The translations under genes were made by a program, and so were the position numbers. Of a stretch of DNA of 64,000 bases, positions 28,501 to 37,749 are shown in pieces; positions within the stretch are counted from its first letter, which is position 1; every line of letters begins with the position of its first letter. The notes beneath the pieces are model-generated. The model worked only from the letters and a program-made list of their open reading frames with translations. It was not told where the DNA came from and ran no database searches. Location: positions 64,001 through 128,000 of the forward strand of contig JAVJSW010000068.1 in the NCBI GenBank assembly GCA_040219255.1, written 5' to 3'. The stretch is from Sumerlaeia bacterium. Its GTDB lineage: Bacteria > Sumerlaeota > Sumerlaeia > SLMS01 > JAHLLQ01.

Positions 28501-29685
28501 CCACCGACGACAGGCCTGCGAGTGTACACGACGCTCGACGGCTCGGATCCCATCGTCCCCGACCCGCCCGGCGTGGGCGACGAGAACGGCATCACCCTCG
28601 ACGGCAACGCGGTCGTGAAAGCCATCGGCTACCGCACCTTCTTTGGTCAGAGCACCAGCAGCGAACGGCCCTTCTTCTTTCAAACCGCCGCCCCGGTCTT
28701 CGATCCTCCGGGCACCAACCACGCGGGCTCGGTCGAAATCACCCTGACCAGCGCCACCAACGGCGCGGACATCCACTACACCCTCGACGGCACCGACCCC
28801 ACTCCATCCTCCACCGAATACACCGGGCCGTTCACGCTCGGCGTCGGCGACCACATCGTAAAGGCCCGCGCCTTCAACACGGACTACGACGACAGTTTCC
28901 TTGTCAGCCGTCTCTTCAAGGTCGCCGTTCCGCAAACCGGCCCCGCCATCACCCTGGCGCCGCAGGATCAAACAGTCGATGCGGGCCAGGACGCGGTTTT
29001 CACCGTCGAAGCCGACGGTAATCCGGAGCCGGCTTACCTGTGGGTGCGCGACGGATTCGTCCTGCCCCAGGAAACCGACGCGGAGCTGGTGGTCCCCGCC
29101 GCTCAGGTCCCCGACGCCGGCATCTACACCGTCTTCGTCAGCAACGCCGTCGATACCGTCAGCGCCTCCGCCGACCTGACGGTCAACGGTACCCCGACTC
29201 CCACGCCGACCCCGACGGATACCCCAACACCGACACCCACGGAAACCGCAACCCCGACCCCCACTCAGACGGCGACTCCCACGCCCACCGGCACGGCGAC
29301 TCTAACCCCGACCCCGACAGCAACCCCCACTCCGACGCCGACACCGACGCCGACCAGCACTCTCACTCCGACCGCGACGCCGACGCCGACGGGGACTGCC
29401 ACCCCCACAGGAACCCCCACACCAACAGGAACGCCGACGCCGACCGGGACCGCGACCCCAACGCCCACACCGACCACCACCCTGACTCCGACGCCAACCG
29501 CGACGCCAACGCCAACGCCGACACTGACCGCGACTGTCACACCGACGCCAACCCCAACCCCGACTCCATTGCCAGAGGGGGTCCTCCCCGCCTTGCTGGG
29601 TATGGAAAGCGTCGATCTGGAGAACGACGACGAGAACGGCGACTCGGTCGTCGATGTGGCCGATATTCTGGCCGGGGAAGGTTGA
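25510..29685 (+). CDS. Secreted S8 subtilisin-like protease with chitobiase/Fn3-associated repeats, Ig domain, PT tail and dockerin-like end
   Basis: Triad VADVE / DHGT / [13 protein letters not shown]; repeated I(R/H)YT.DG..P; C-terminal [12 protein letters not shown]. Confidence 0.9.
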   Translation: MSCVFIKRLTAAMLLLLSIAPVAGVASSPEVAVQKSHHEDHVIIVKFRDGLKVRLRAGELKEESGKGLKSAAEAKVFSRYDASTWKRLHQAPEKELDGLRALGASKSGKALPDLNNYYHLFLADGVSAQEAVNDFRGLESVEGAWFVSKPLPSATPLEYTNPDPADPAFTYQGYLDPAPEGIDARYAFELGINGSFMRVADVEYGLNHSHEDFPSITLIQTPNLPQGFTDDHGTAVMGMLSADPFNDFGVSGIASSADFFFSPSYYTGVVNIPAAITNILAAGGGGFEEGDIILLEAQSAGPNFDSDQNPQFGLVPVEWEKPTYDAIITATASGVIVVEAAANGSQDLDNSDYTTGNGGHFPFQMAGNTRLKDSGAIIVGAGRGPAYGDDARSAYGYSNHGGRVDVQGWGGLVVTSGYGLLYPGEDELDADSDNDLWYTGEFGGTSSASPMVAGAAALIQDFHKRFDNYAGEVLSPSELRQLLIDTGTPQTGSNEIGPLPDIRAAFTSLAGPDLPLAPVITPNGGPFDAPAQVTIDFAPADTNGINLRYTLNGSDPTPEDFQFIPSQGDRLYLNYSATVKARAFNGLGLPGPVTTAEFVSTTPQVEPVAILPANGEFTGSVQVSLSTATPGATIRYRTDGRSPSFFYPGTLYNGPFTIDDDATITARGYNDGFYKSDVSTKEFTRLPDPEVTLPSPTIYPGTGEFAGGLTFYMGTTILGGEIRFTIDGSEPTVSSPVFSDPITIQSPLARTTVTAKAKVFLDGYNPSDTATAEYTIFNELDPPIIEVSPGTEAVGQATITMTNPNPSGRIHYSLSGTVPYLFDPVYSEPIEYDDPGGRTIYAVVYDSGVFSDFAEVRITVYSEDADQVEDPVLTPLFGTIIGGSEVTMTSLTQNAIIRYELGDNEAASPVTTSSPIYNGPIELLDQDGDPFTNDFYFFRAKAFRTGFIPSNEFFKTYSVSDPLGTIANPQITTDDGLDPATGKYINPIDLEFIISTTPPTTGLRVYTTLDGSDPIVPDPPGVGDENGITLDGNAVVKAIGYRTFFGQSTSSERPFFFQTAAPVFDPPGTNHAGSVEITLTSATNGADIHYTLDGTDPTPSSTEYTGPFTLGVGDHIVKARAFNTDYDDSFLVSRLFKVAVPQTGPAITLAPQDQTVDAGQDAVFTVEADGNPEPAYLWVRDGFVLPQETDAELVVPAAQVPDAGIYTVFVSNAVDTVSASADLTVNGTPTPTPTPTDTPTPTPTETATPTPTQTATPTPTGTATLTPTPTATPTPTPTPTPTSTLTPTATPTPTGTATPTGTPTPTGTPTPTGTATPTPTPTTTLTPTPTATPTPTPTLTATVTPTPTPTPTPLPEGVLPALLGMESVDLENDDENGDSVVDVADILAGEG
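29190..29570 (+). repeat. Coding Pro/Thr low-complexity linker (TPTPT)n
   Basis: In frame within the S8 protease; degenerate codons. Confidence 0.85.
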
Positions 29686-29779
29686 CCAGTCCTTTGACTC
29701 GCCGGCGGCTTATCCATTCTTGACCCCTCGGCCCTGGGCGCACTAACTGGTTTGAAGCAGTCCAAACCGGAGTTCGTCC

Positions 29780-30490
29780 ATGCTTGTTCGTCCCCTTCTT
29801 GTCGGTGGAATCCTTTGCGCGGGAGGAATCTCCGCTGGGGCCACCGATTCTTCCCACGGCACCGCCCTTCCCGCGGGTGAGCAATGCATCGAAACCGTGG
29901 CCGACGGCGGCCTCGAAAACACGGATGGGACAACCATCTGGCGCCAGGAATCGATGGCCTTCGGTTCGCCCGTTTGCTCTGTCGATCTCTGTGGCGGCCC
30001 CGAGCCCCGCAGCGGATCCTGGCACGCCTGGTTCGGTGGTACCACCGGGGCGGAAACCTCCTTCATCGAGCAAGACGTCACCTTGCCCGTCGCTGCCTCG
30101 GCCGAACTCGTCTTCTGGCTCGAAATCCAGGGCACCGCCCTCGACGCCCCCGGCGAACTCACCGTCAGCCTCGACGACAACGTCCTTCTTCGTGCCGACT
30201 TCTCACGCGGAGCCCGCCCCTACGAGCGCCGCGCCTTCGACGTCAGCCGCTTCGCCGATGGGCTGACGTATACACTCCGCTTCGCTTTCGACAACGGCGG
30301 CGGCGATCCCACCGACCGCACCAGTTTCCTCGTCGACGACATCAGCCTGGAGGTCTGCACCACCTCCGTTCCGCCTCTCCTGCGCACACAGACCGAGCAC
30401 CTGCTGGGCCTGCGAAGCGACGCCGCCGACCAAAACTCCGACGCCGTCCTCGACTCCGCCGATGTCGTGATGGCGCTTCGAAATTCTTAG
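29780..30490 (+). CDS. Secreted beta-sandwich protein with dockerin-like C-terminus
   Basis: Signal peptide; PRSGSWHAWFGG, FLVDDISL; C-terminal LLG...DQNSDAVLDSAD. Confidence 0.7.
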   Translation: MLVRPLLVGGILCAGGISAGATDSSHGTALPAGEQCIETVADGGLENTDGTTIWRQESMAFGSPVCSVDLCGGPEPRSGSWHAWFGGTTGAETSFIEQDVTLPVAASAELVFWLEIQGTALDAPGELTVSLDDNVLLRADFSRGARPYERRAFDVSRFADGLTYTLRFAFDNGGGDPTDRTSFLVDDISLEVCTTSVPPLLRTQTEHLLGLRSDAADQNSDAVLDSADVVMALRNS

Positions 30491-30644
30491 AACGGCCGAT
30501 CATTCCCGTTGCCACCGGCGAAACGAAATCGGTGGAACGCTCCATCCCCCGCCGCATTCCCCCCTTGCCTCGCGGCGCGCGTCCGGCTTTCCATGGCGCG
30601 CCCCGGCAACGGGGGCTTTCTCATTCCTCGTTAAGGACCCTTCC

Positions 30645-31841
30645 ATGAAAGTTTCCCAGCGCGTTTCCAGCCTCACCCCCTCTCTGACGCTGGCGCTGAC
30701 GGCGAAGGCCAAGGCCATGAAGGCCGAGGGCATCGACGTCGTCTCCTTCGGTGCCGGCGAACCCGATTTCGACACGCCGGACTTCATCAAGGACGTCGCC
30801 ATCGAGGACCTGCGCGCGGGACGAACGAAATATACGGCCGCCAAGGGCGGGCCGGAAATCCTCAAAGGCGTCCAGGAAGCCCTCAAGCGCGACTACTCGC
30901 TCGAATACAAGGACACCGAAATCCTCGTGTCCGTTGGCGGCAAGCACACGCTCTATAACATCTTCATGGCCGTCGTCGATCCCGGCGACGAAGTCATCAT
31001 CCCCGCGCCCTACTGGCTCACCTATCCCGAGCAGGTCCGCGCCGCCGACGGCGTCCCGGTCTTCGTCGATTGCGGACCCGAGCAGAACTTCAAGCTGACC
31101 GCCGATCAGCTTGAAACCGCCATCACGGATAAGACCGTCGCCGTAGTCCTCAACAGCCCCAGCAATCCCACCGGCGCCGTCTATACCAAGGCCGAACTGC
31201 TGGCTCTCGGCAAGGTCCTGGAGAAGCACCCCAAGGTCCTCCTCATCAGCGACGACCTCTATCAGCTCCTCGTCTATTCGCCGGCCGAGTTCCACTCCCT
31301 GGTCACGCTCATGCCCAGCCTGCGCGAGCGCTCGATCATCGTGAACGGCTGGTCCAAGGCCTACAGCATGACCGGCTGGCGCCTCGGCTGGTGCGCCGGA
31401 CCGCAACCCCTCATCAAGGCCATGTCCACCCTCCAGAGCCACTCCACGTCCAACGTCACCACCTTCTGTCAACGCGCCGCCGCCGCCGCCATCACGAGCG
31501 ACCATGCCTTCCTGCGCGAGTGGAAGACCGAATTCGACGCCCGCCGCAAACTCATCGTGGACCTGTTGAACGCCATCCCCGGCGTCACCTGCTCCGCCCC
31601 CGAAGGCGCCTTCTACGCCTTCCCGGACATCTCCGGCCTCTACGGTAAGACTTACGGCGGCAAGGTGGTCAAGGATTCCATGGACTTCGCCGACGCCTGC
31701 CTCGAACAAGCCAAAGTCTCCGTCGTCCCCGGCCAGGTCTTCGGCGAAGACCGCTGCATCCGCCTGAGCTACGCCACCAGCCGCGCCAACATCGAAAAGG
31801 GCCTCGAACGCCTGAAAGACTTCGCGGCGTCGGGGAAGTAA
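30645..31841 (+). CDS. aspC: Class I PLP aminotransferase (aspartate aminotransferase)
   Basis: GAGEPDFDTP, NSPSNPTG, SKAYSMTGWRLG, GAFYAFP, RLSYA. Confidence 0.92.
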   Translation: MKVSQRVSSLTPSLTLALTAKAKAMKAEGIDVVSFGAGEPDFDTPDFIKDVAIEDLRAGRTKYTAAKGGPEILKGVQEALKRDYSLEYKDTEILVSVGGKHTLYNIFMAVVDPGDEVIIPAPYWLTYPEQVRAADGVPVFVDCGPEQNFKLTADQLETAITDKTVAVVLNSPSNPTGAVYTKAELLALGKVLEKHPKVLLISDDLYQLLVYSPAEFHSLVTLMPSLRERSIIVNGWSKAYSMTGWRLGWCAGPQPLIKAMSTLQSHSTSNVTTFCQRAAAAAITSDHAFLREWKTEFDARRKLIVDLLNAIPGVTCSAPEGAFYAFPDISGLYGKTYGGKVVKDSMDFADACLEQAKVSVVPGQVFGEDRCIRLSYATSRANIEKGLERLKDFAASGK

Positions 31842-31852
31842 AACCACACAAG

Positions 31853-31879
31853 GTAACACGGGCGTCCCGCCCGTGCTAC
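31853..31879. repeat. GTAG-type REP palindrome
   Basis: Minus strand gtagcacgggcg-gga-cgcccgtgttac; related to 32303, 35711 and 60509. Confidence 0.7.
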
Positions 31880-31930
31880 ACAACTGATTCCCCTTGATCT
31901 TGTTCAGGGGACGGAGCGACAGCAGCCTCC

Positions 31931-32290
31931 ATGATGACTCTGCGCCGCTTCCTCCCCATTCTGCTCCTCACCCTCGTCCTCGCCGGCTGCGGCACGTCGA
32001 ACAAGGGCACCGCGTCCTGGTACGCCGACCCCTTCACCGGCCGGCCCACGGCCAGCGGCGAGCGCTTCAACCCCAACGACCTGACCGCCGCCCACGCCCA
32101 TTACCCCTTCGGCACACGGCTCAAGGTCACGAACCTCGACAACGGCAAGAGCGTCATCGTTCGCGTCAACGACCGCTTTCCCGGCACCAAAGGCCGCGTC
32201 ATCGACCTCTCGAAAGCCGCCTTCGCCCGCATCGCCCACCCGGATCAGGGCCTGGCGCGGGTGCGGATTCAGGTGGTGTCGGGGCCGTAA
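31931..32290 (+). CDS. rlpA: RlpA-family septal lytic transglycosylase lipoprotein
   Basis: LAGC lipobox; ASWY, TASGE, TAAH, VRVNDR, RVIDLS. Confidence 0.92.
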   Translation: MMTLRRFLPILLLTLVLAGCGTSNKGTASWYADPFTGRPTASGERFNPNDLTAAHAHYPFGTRLKVTNLDNGKSVIVRVNDRFPGTKGRVIDLSKAAFARIAHPDQGLARVRIQVVSGP

Positions 32291-32302
32291 TTTCCTTACG
32301 GT

Positions 32303-32344
32303 GGGCGTGCCGCCCGTGGACCCGCCAGCCATAGCCCACGCCCG
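32303..32344 (+). repeat. Left half of REP doublet (degenerate REP plus flank)
   Basis: 37/42 identical to 60516-60556. Confidence 0.75.
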
Positions 32345-32361
32345 GGTGGCGAAAGCTTCCG

Positions 32362-33666
32362 ATGACCGTTCGCAGCGCCCATAGGAGCCACCTCCACGAA
32401 TACGCCTACGACGGCTTTGGCCGGCGGGCCGAGAAGACCGTGGACTCGGGCGGCGCGAACGAGGAGCACACGCTCTTCCTCTATGACGGCCACCACGTCA
32501 TCGAAGAGCGCGACGGCGCCACGGGCAGTCTGCTCGCCAGCTACGTCCACGGCCTCGGCATCGACAACGTGCTGACGATGCAGCGCGATGTGGATGGCAA
32601 CGGCACGGCGGAGGACTACTTCTACGTGCAGGACGACATGGGCAGTCCGGTGCTCCTGGTGGACGCTGCGGGGGCCATCGTCGAACGCTATGACTACGTC
32701 GATTACGGCCGGGCCATCGTGATGAACCCGGGCGGGGTCGAGACGGGCACCGAGTCGCAGTTCGGCAACCCGTACCTCTTCGTCGGCCGGCGGTGGGACG
32801 GCGAACTGGGCATGTACTGGAACCGCACGCGTCATCTCCATCCGCTGCTGGGCCGCTTCACGACGCGCGATCCGCTGGGGATTTGGGGGGACGCGTCGGC
32901 CTGGGGGAATGGGTACACCTACGCGGGGAATAATCCGTGGACGTATTTTGATCCGTTCGGATTGGAGAAGGAGGAGGTGGATAAGAGTAGGGGGCTGCAT
33001 TGGGATGAGCCATTTAATGACGCTATGGAAAGACTTCGAGAGCACTCTACTTACTATGGCAGTATTATTGAGCACTTGGAAAACAGTGAAAACAAGCATT
33101 CCATCCACAGTCGTGGGAGACGGCGGGGGCTATTCAATAAACCAAATGACGACATAGGAATTCATGTGCATGGCGAGGGTGGAGGTGACGGAAGTGGGAC
33201 ATCTTCGCAGATATTCATACCTAAAAAGTACTTGGAGGGTTTGTCTGAAGATGAGCTAGCACTTGTCTTGGGAAATGAGTTGTACCATGCCTTTGAAGCA
33301 GACCTTGGGGTGTTGACAGAGTCCACCTTGTCCAACCGAGTGGACATTATTGATAAGGGAAGATCTAAGTACGGCGGTGCAACTGGTACTAGGGGTGGTC
33401 ATAAGAATGAGACTGGAAACGTTTATCATTGGGGTGAGTTTAGATCGGATATAGCAGAGCAGGTGGTAAGAAGGGATCTGAAGATTGATAAAGAACTGCT
33501 GCAAAAGCCGTTTATTTTCCCAACATATCCCCATTACACAAGAGAGCAAAGGGCTCTCACCAACGTATGGGACGATGACAGATCTCAGCTTGCGACCGTT
33601 ACAAACGATCCGGCGCCAAATATCGATTCGCTGGCGTCCGTTGACCCCAATATCAAAGAGGATTAA
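32362..33666 (+). CDS. Orphan (5'-truncated) Rhs core with C-terminal toxin domain
   Basis: YAYDGFGRR, YDYVDYG, NPYLFVGRRWD, GRFTTRDPLG, YTYAGNNP..DPFGL; GC falls after DPFGL; lacks the N-terminal YD array. Confidence 0.85.
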   Translation: MTVRSAHRSHLHEYAYDGFGRRAEKTVDSGGANEEHTLFLYDGHHVIEERDGATGSLLASYVHGLGIDNVLTMQRDVDGNGTAEDYFYVQDDMGSPVLLVDAAGAIVERYDYVDYGRAIVMNPGGVETGTESQFGNPYLFVGRRWDGELGMYWNRTRHLHPLLGRFTTRDPLGIWGDASAWGNGYTYAGNNPWTYFDPFGLEKEEVDKSRGLHWDEPFNDAMERLREHSTYYGSIIEHLENSENKHSIHSRGRRRGLFNKPNDDIGIHVHGEGGGDGSGTSSQIFIPKKYLEGLSEDELALVLGNELYHAFEADLGVLTESTLSNRVDIIDKGRSKYGGATGTRGGHKNETGNVYHWGEFRSDIAEQVVRRDLKIDKELLQKPFIFPTYPHYTREQRALTNVWDDDRSQLATVTNDPAPNIDSLASVDPNIKED

Positions 33667-33670
33667 ATAA

Positions 33671-34246
33671 ATGTTGACAAAGCGCAATGAGAGCACTCTA
33701 AACTTTGGGTGGTTGAATTGGTCTAAGCTACAGGTGATTCTTGTCGCTGCGGGAGCAGCCGTCCTTATTTCTTGTGAGGCTCGTCGCGATTATCAACTTG
33801 TGAATGTTGGAGAATACAATCCATATGTAAGCAACAGAGTTGAAACGGATCGCATGGCAGTAGATCGGCTCGGCTTGGGGGAGACGCTGGACAAGATTGA
33901 TCTAAACAAGAAGTATTTGTACGTCTTCGAAAACTATGGCTATGGTTGGTCTTTCTCGGGCAAGGTGTCTCTTGAAAGCCTTGGTTTTGAACTTGGCCAG
34001 AGGGAGGAATTCTTGATTGAATTGAGAAATGATTCTGTTTTGATTGCAAGTGATACGCCTTCTGATTACGTTGATATGTACGTTGCCGTGGCTGTGTTTG
34101 GGGATGACTACCTAGTTGTAAATTGGCAGTCACCTTGTAGCATGCTCGATGAGTCCGCGAAATATGCGCACGACAGCATGAGATACAGCTTTCCTGTTAA
34201 GATACTGGAGCTTCTCAACAATAATTTGCGTGCAGACTGTGACTAG
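33671..34246 (+). CDS. Putative immunity lipoprotein 1
   Basis: Starts 4 nt after the Rhs stop; low GC; VLISC lipobox-like; similar to 34554-35141. Confidence 0.65.
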   Translation: MLTKRNESTLNFGWLNWSKLQVILVAAGAAVLISCEARRDYQLVNVGEYNPYVSNRVETDRMAVDRLGLGETLDKIDLNKKYLYVFENYGYGWSFSGKVSLESLGFELGQREEFLIELRNDSVLIASDTPSDYVDMYVAVAVFGDDYLVVNWQSPCSMLDESAKYAHDSMRYSFPVKILELLNNNLRADCD

Positions 34247-34368
34247 CTATGGGCCGAGACTTATTGCGAGATTCTCAAGTTCTTCTAAATGGAAGTGGCT
34301 ACGAATGACAAAACATTTTCTATTCGCACTGTTAATCGGAACGGCGGCCGACCATGTCATCGCCGCCG

Positions 34369-34464
34369 ACTTCCACTACCTCCTGGAAGACCACGCCGAC
34401 CCCTCCGCTCCCGTCATCGAGCGGCGGGGGCGGGGGACGGCAAGCGGTGAGGTGTTGCATCCGG
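34369..34464 (+). repeat. 96-bp direct repeat copy 1 (gene-fragment derived)
   Basis: 93/96 identical to 35300-35395; encodes FHYLLEDHADPSAPVIERRGRGTASGEVLHP. Confidence 0.9.
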
Positions 34465-34553
34465 TCGAGAGGGATCGCCAAGCCAGAATAAGACGCACTA
34501 TTCGCGGCTTCACGAGCCACTTTACAATCCCTTGCCTGCGGAGTAAATCAACA

Positions 34554-35141
34554 ATGCCAACCTTTCGTTTCTTAGCCTGCACTTTGGCAATCACACTATA
34601 CCTTTTGGGATGTGCCGCTCCTAATCAAGTGCGACTTGTGAGGATTGGTCCATACAACCTGGGGTTCGACAAACGGGTGGAGGAATTGCAATTAAGTGAT
34701 TTTGAGAAAGAGTTCCTGAACGAGAACTCTGATAGAGAATATGAAAAATCAAATCATGTAGCTGTCTATCAAAGAATTTCTGGAAACATTATCTACTCAG
34801 GGACCATAAATTTTAAAGAGCTTCGAATGACCGAGGAATATCTTCGAGAACAACTTGAGGCAGTGCGCGACGAGGCGGTCTACTCTGAGCCAGATGAAAG
34901 CCAGTGGAAGAACCAGCATCTATATATTGCCATTTTCAAAAAACGGGTCAAAGGCGAGATATATGTCTTGATTTGGCATGAGCCGTGCAAGTTGTTATTA
35001 GGAGAAGTAAGTTACGTTCATTGGACCATGGATGTGAGTCGATCGCAATGGCTTCTTGAAGATCTGGACAAAATAATTCCCGTCATGTGTCCCAGTGACC
35101 ATGTAGATCCCGAGGATGGTCGTGATGCGAAAGTCAAATAA
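34554..35141 (+). CDS. Putative immunity lipoprotein 2 (paralogue of 33671-34246)
   Basis: GGAG SD; LLGC lipobox; shares LV.(V/I)G.YN, RVE, SG, W..PC, Y.H..M..S and LE.L with immunity 1. Confidence 0.7.
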   Translation: MPTFRFLACTLAITLYLLGCAAPNQVRLVRIGPYNLGFDKRVEELQLSDFEKEFLNENSDREYEKSNHVAVYQRISGNIIYSGTINFKELRMTEEYLREQLEAVRDEAVYSEPDESQWKNQHLYIAIFKKRVKGEIYVLIWHEPCKLLLGEVSYVHWTMDVSRSQWLLEDLDKIIPVMCPSDHVDPEDGRDAKVK

Positions 35142-35299
35142 AATCTCGACGAGAGTATATAATAGAAAATGTCTTGGTCTGAACGTGATTGCCTCCGATA
35201 TGTTGGCAATTTCGGTCCATTTGCGGCTGTATGCGCAAGGTTTCCAATGGACGATATTTTTTTTCATACTTGTCGTATGCTCATCACTTCAAGCCGTCA

Positions 35300-35691
35300 A
35301 CTTCCACTACCTCCTGGAAGACCACGCCGACCCCTCCGCTCCCGTGATCGAGCGGCGGGGGCGGGGGACGGCGAGCGGTGAGGTCTTGCATCCGGCGGGT
35401 TTGATTCTGCCGGCGGACCGGCTGTTTCGCGAGTTCGTGCTGGATGCGGAGACGCTTCAGGTCGGGTACGCCGACTTTGTCTCGCCAGCCGTCGGCCTCA
35501 GCATGGAGCTGCCGACGTTCGATCTGGGTCCGGACCCGTGGGGCGACGCCGATGGCGACGGCCTCGGGGGCATGGGCGAGTACATCGTGGGCACCGATCC
35601 TTCGCAGTGGGATACCGACGGAGAGGGTGTGTCCGATGCGGCCGAGGTGCGCCAAGGCACGAACCCGACGGATGGCATGGGCAACCTTTAG
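35300..35691 (+). pseudogene. Fragment of a large surface protein with thrombospondin-3-like Ca-binding repeats; begins with 96-bp repeat copy 2
   Basis: DADGDGL...GTDPSQWDTDGEGVSDAAEV..GTNP; GC-rich; no convincing start; ends at the REP flank. Confidence 0.6.
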
Positions 35692-35734
35692 GGAGAGAAA
35701 GCGCCGCCGGACATGGGCGAGACGCCCAGGCTAC
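35691..35734. repeat. Right half of REP doublet (flank plus inverted GTAG REP)
   Basis: gggagagaaagcgccgccggac is 20/22 identical to 60609-60630; minus strand gtagcctgggcgtctcgcccatgt at 35711-35734. Confidence 0.75.
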
Positions 35735-35739
35735 ACGGA

Positions 35740-37509
35740 TTAGTCAAAATCCAGATCGTCAAAGCCCGAGTCGAACACGTCCGAGTCGCTTTCCTGGCGT
35801 TTGAGGACGATCAGGGTGAAGTCGTCGAACTGGTCGGCTTCGCCGCGGTGGCGGACGCAGGACTGGTAGATCGCGTTGCGGATTTCCTCGGCGCGTTTTT
35901 GCCGGTTTTCCCGCAGAATGGTGAAGAGCCGTTCCTCGCCAAAGATTTCGCCCTGGGTGTTTTGAATGTCCGTGACGCCGTCGGTCGAGAGCAGCAGCAC
36001 GCCGCCTTTGGGGAAATCGATGGTTTCCGCTTCGTAGTCCACTTCCGCGCTGATTCCCAGGAACAGGCCGCCCTTGTCCAGGAACGTCATCGTCCCATCG
36101 GGCTTGAGCAGCACCGGATGGCAATGGCCGGCGTTGACGTACTGTAATTGGTCGTCTTCGGGTTTCAGGATCGTGTACACCATCGTGACATACATATCGT
36201 TCGTCACGTCGCGATAGACCATGCGGTTCATGCGGGCGACGGCTTCGACGATGTTGGTGCTGGGGCGTTCGCTTTCGCCCTGGAGGTAACTGCGCGTGGT
36301 CGCCGTCAGGATGGCCGCCGGGACGCCCTTGCCCGACACGTCGGCCACGGCGAAGACGAAGCGGTCGTCGGGCAGTTCGAGGAAGTCGTAGTAATCGCCG
36401 CCCACCTGCTTGGCCGGCAGCGACATCGCCGACACATCGTATCCGGGCACGTTGGGGTACACCTTGGGCAGCAGGTTCATCTGGATCGTGCGGGCGATTT
36501 CCATCTCGCGGGCCAGTTTGTACTGCTCGACCAGTTGGCTGTGCAGCCGCGCGTTGATGATACCGAGCGCCGCCTGGTTCGTCAGACCCGTCAGCAGCTC
36601 CAGCTCCTCGCGGCTGTAGGGCATCATCCGCGTCCGGGTGTCCACATAGACCACGCCGAGCGCCTCGTCCTGATACACGATGGGGGCCACCATGGCGGTG
36701 CGGATGCGATTGAGGATGATGGACTCGCTGCTGGCGAAGCGCTGGTCCTGGGCCGCGTCCGACACCAGCATCGACACCCGGTCGGCCATACACTTATCCA
36801 CGATGGAGCTGGACAGCTTGACTTCCTGATCTTCGCCATCGCGGGCCCGTACCACGCGCGGTTCCAGCTCGTTGGTTTCCGGATTCTTGATGAGCAGATA
36901 GGAGATGTCCGGCTTCAGGATTTCCTGAATCAGCTCGACCACCTTCTCCAACACCTGGTCCAGGTCCAGGAGCGAGCGCATCGCCTCGCTGATCTGGTAG
37001 AGGATTTCCAGGCGCTTGGACGCGTCTTTGAGCGCCATGCCGTGATTGGTGTCGATATTGACGGTCTGGGCGGGTCGGACGCCGGCGCGCACTTCGCCGC
37101 GGGTCGATCCCCACTGGTTTTCGTCCACCACCTTGTAGCTTTGGTTCGGCCGGCCCACGGGCGGCGTGCCCATGAAGGTCTGGCCCGAGGACACGCTGTC
37201 CATCGCGTCGGCGATGCTGTCCTCTTCGAAGAGCAGCGTGGTGTCGCCGATCTGCAAAATGTCGCCGCTGCGCAACTGAGTGGGGCCGCCGATGGTCGCG
37301 CCGTTGAGCTGCGAGCCGTTCTTGCTGCCCAGATCCCGCATGAAATAGTGCTTGTCTTCCTCGTACACCTCGGCGTGGTTGCGGCTCATGCGCCGGTCCA
37401 CAACTTGCAGTTCGTTGTTTACGCTTCGGCCCACGCTGATGCGCCGGCCAGCTCCGAGCTGGATCACGCGGCCTTGTTGCTCGCCGGATTGGATGATCAG
37501 TTTGGGCAT
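35740..37509 (-). CDS. FHA-GAF-SpoIIE (PP2C) phosphatase
   Basis: FHA VGRS..MSRNH..DLGSKNGS; GAF; VGGDYYD, ADVSGKG, NAGH, TDG, DDFT. Confidence 0.93.
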   Translation of the reverse strand: MPKLIIQSGEQQGRVIQLGAGRRISVGRSVNNELQVVDRRMSRNHAEVYEEDKHYFMRDLGSKNGSQLNGATIGGPTQLRSGDILQIGDTTLLFEEDSIADAMDSVSSGQTFMGTPPVGRPNQSYKVVDENQWGSTRGEVRAGVRPAQTVNIDTNHGMALKDASKRLEILYQISEAMRSLLDLDQVLEKVVELIQEILKPDISYLLIKNPETNELEPRVVRARDGEDQEVKLSSSIVDKCMADRVSMLVSDAAQDQRFASSESIILNRIRTAMVAPIVYQDEALGVVYVDTRTRMMPYSREELELLTGLTNQAALGIINARLHSQLVEQYKLAREMEIARTIQMNLLPKVYPNVPGYDVSAMSLPAKQVGGDYYDFLELPDDRFVFAVADVSGKGVPAAILTATTRSYLQGESERPSTNIVEAVARMNRMVYRDVTNDMYVTMVYTILKPEDDQLQYVNAGHCHPVLLKPDGTMTFLDKGGLFLGISAEVDYEAETIDFPKGGVLLLSTDGVTDIQNTQGEIFGEERLFTILRENRQKRAEEIRNAIYQSCVRHRGEADQFDDFTLIVLKRQESDSDVFDSGFDDLDFD

Positions 37510-37749
37510 GGCGTCGTCGGTGGCCGGGCTGGGGGCGCTCCACAGGAAGATTTATCCGGTGAGGACAGCAGTTAGGGTTGTCCCGCTTCGACTCAGAGGG
37601 CAAGACCATTTGGGTTGACAGATCAAGGGTCGGCGGAGATATAGCGAAACCTCGTGTTCTGCCTCGACAGCACGGGCGCCGCAAAGCCAGCCGCACTCCA
37701 TACGGTCGCGTCGGCGCCCGCCCCGGGCGGAAACAGAAAGGCCTCGAAT

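Noticed and set aside
29190-29570. Highly repetitive ACx-CCx DNA as a possible CRISPR or satellite
   Set aside because: In-frame Pro/Thr linker with degenerate codons; no constant repeat with unique spacers. The same applies to 17830-18080.
34230-34553. N-terminal extension fusing the 96-bp repeat to immunity gene 2
   Set aside because: The SD, signal peptide and lipobox begin at 34554; the upstream in-frame stretch is probably incidental.
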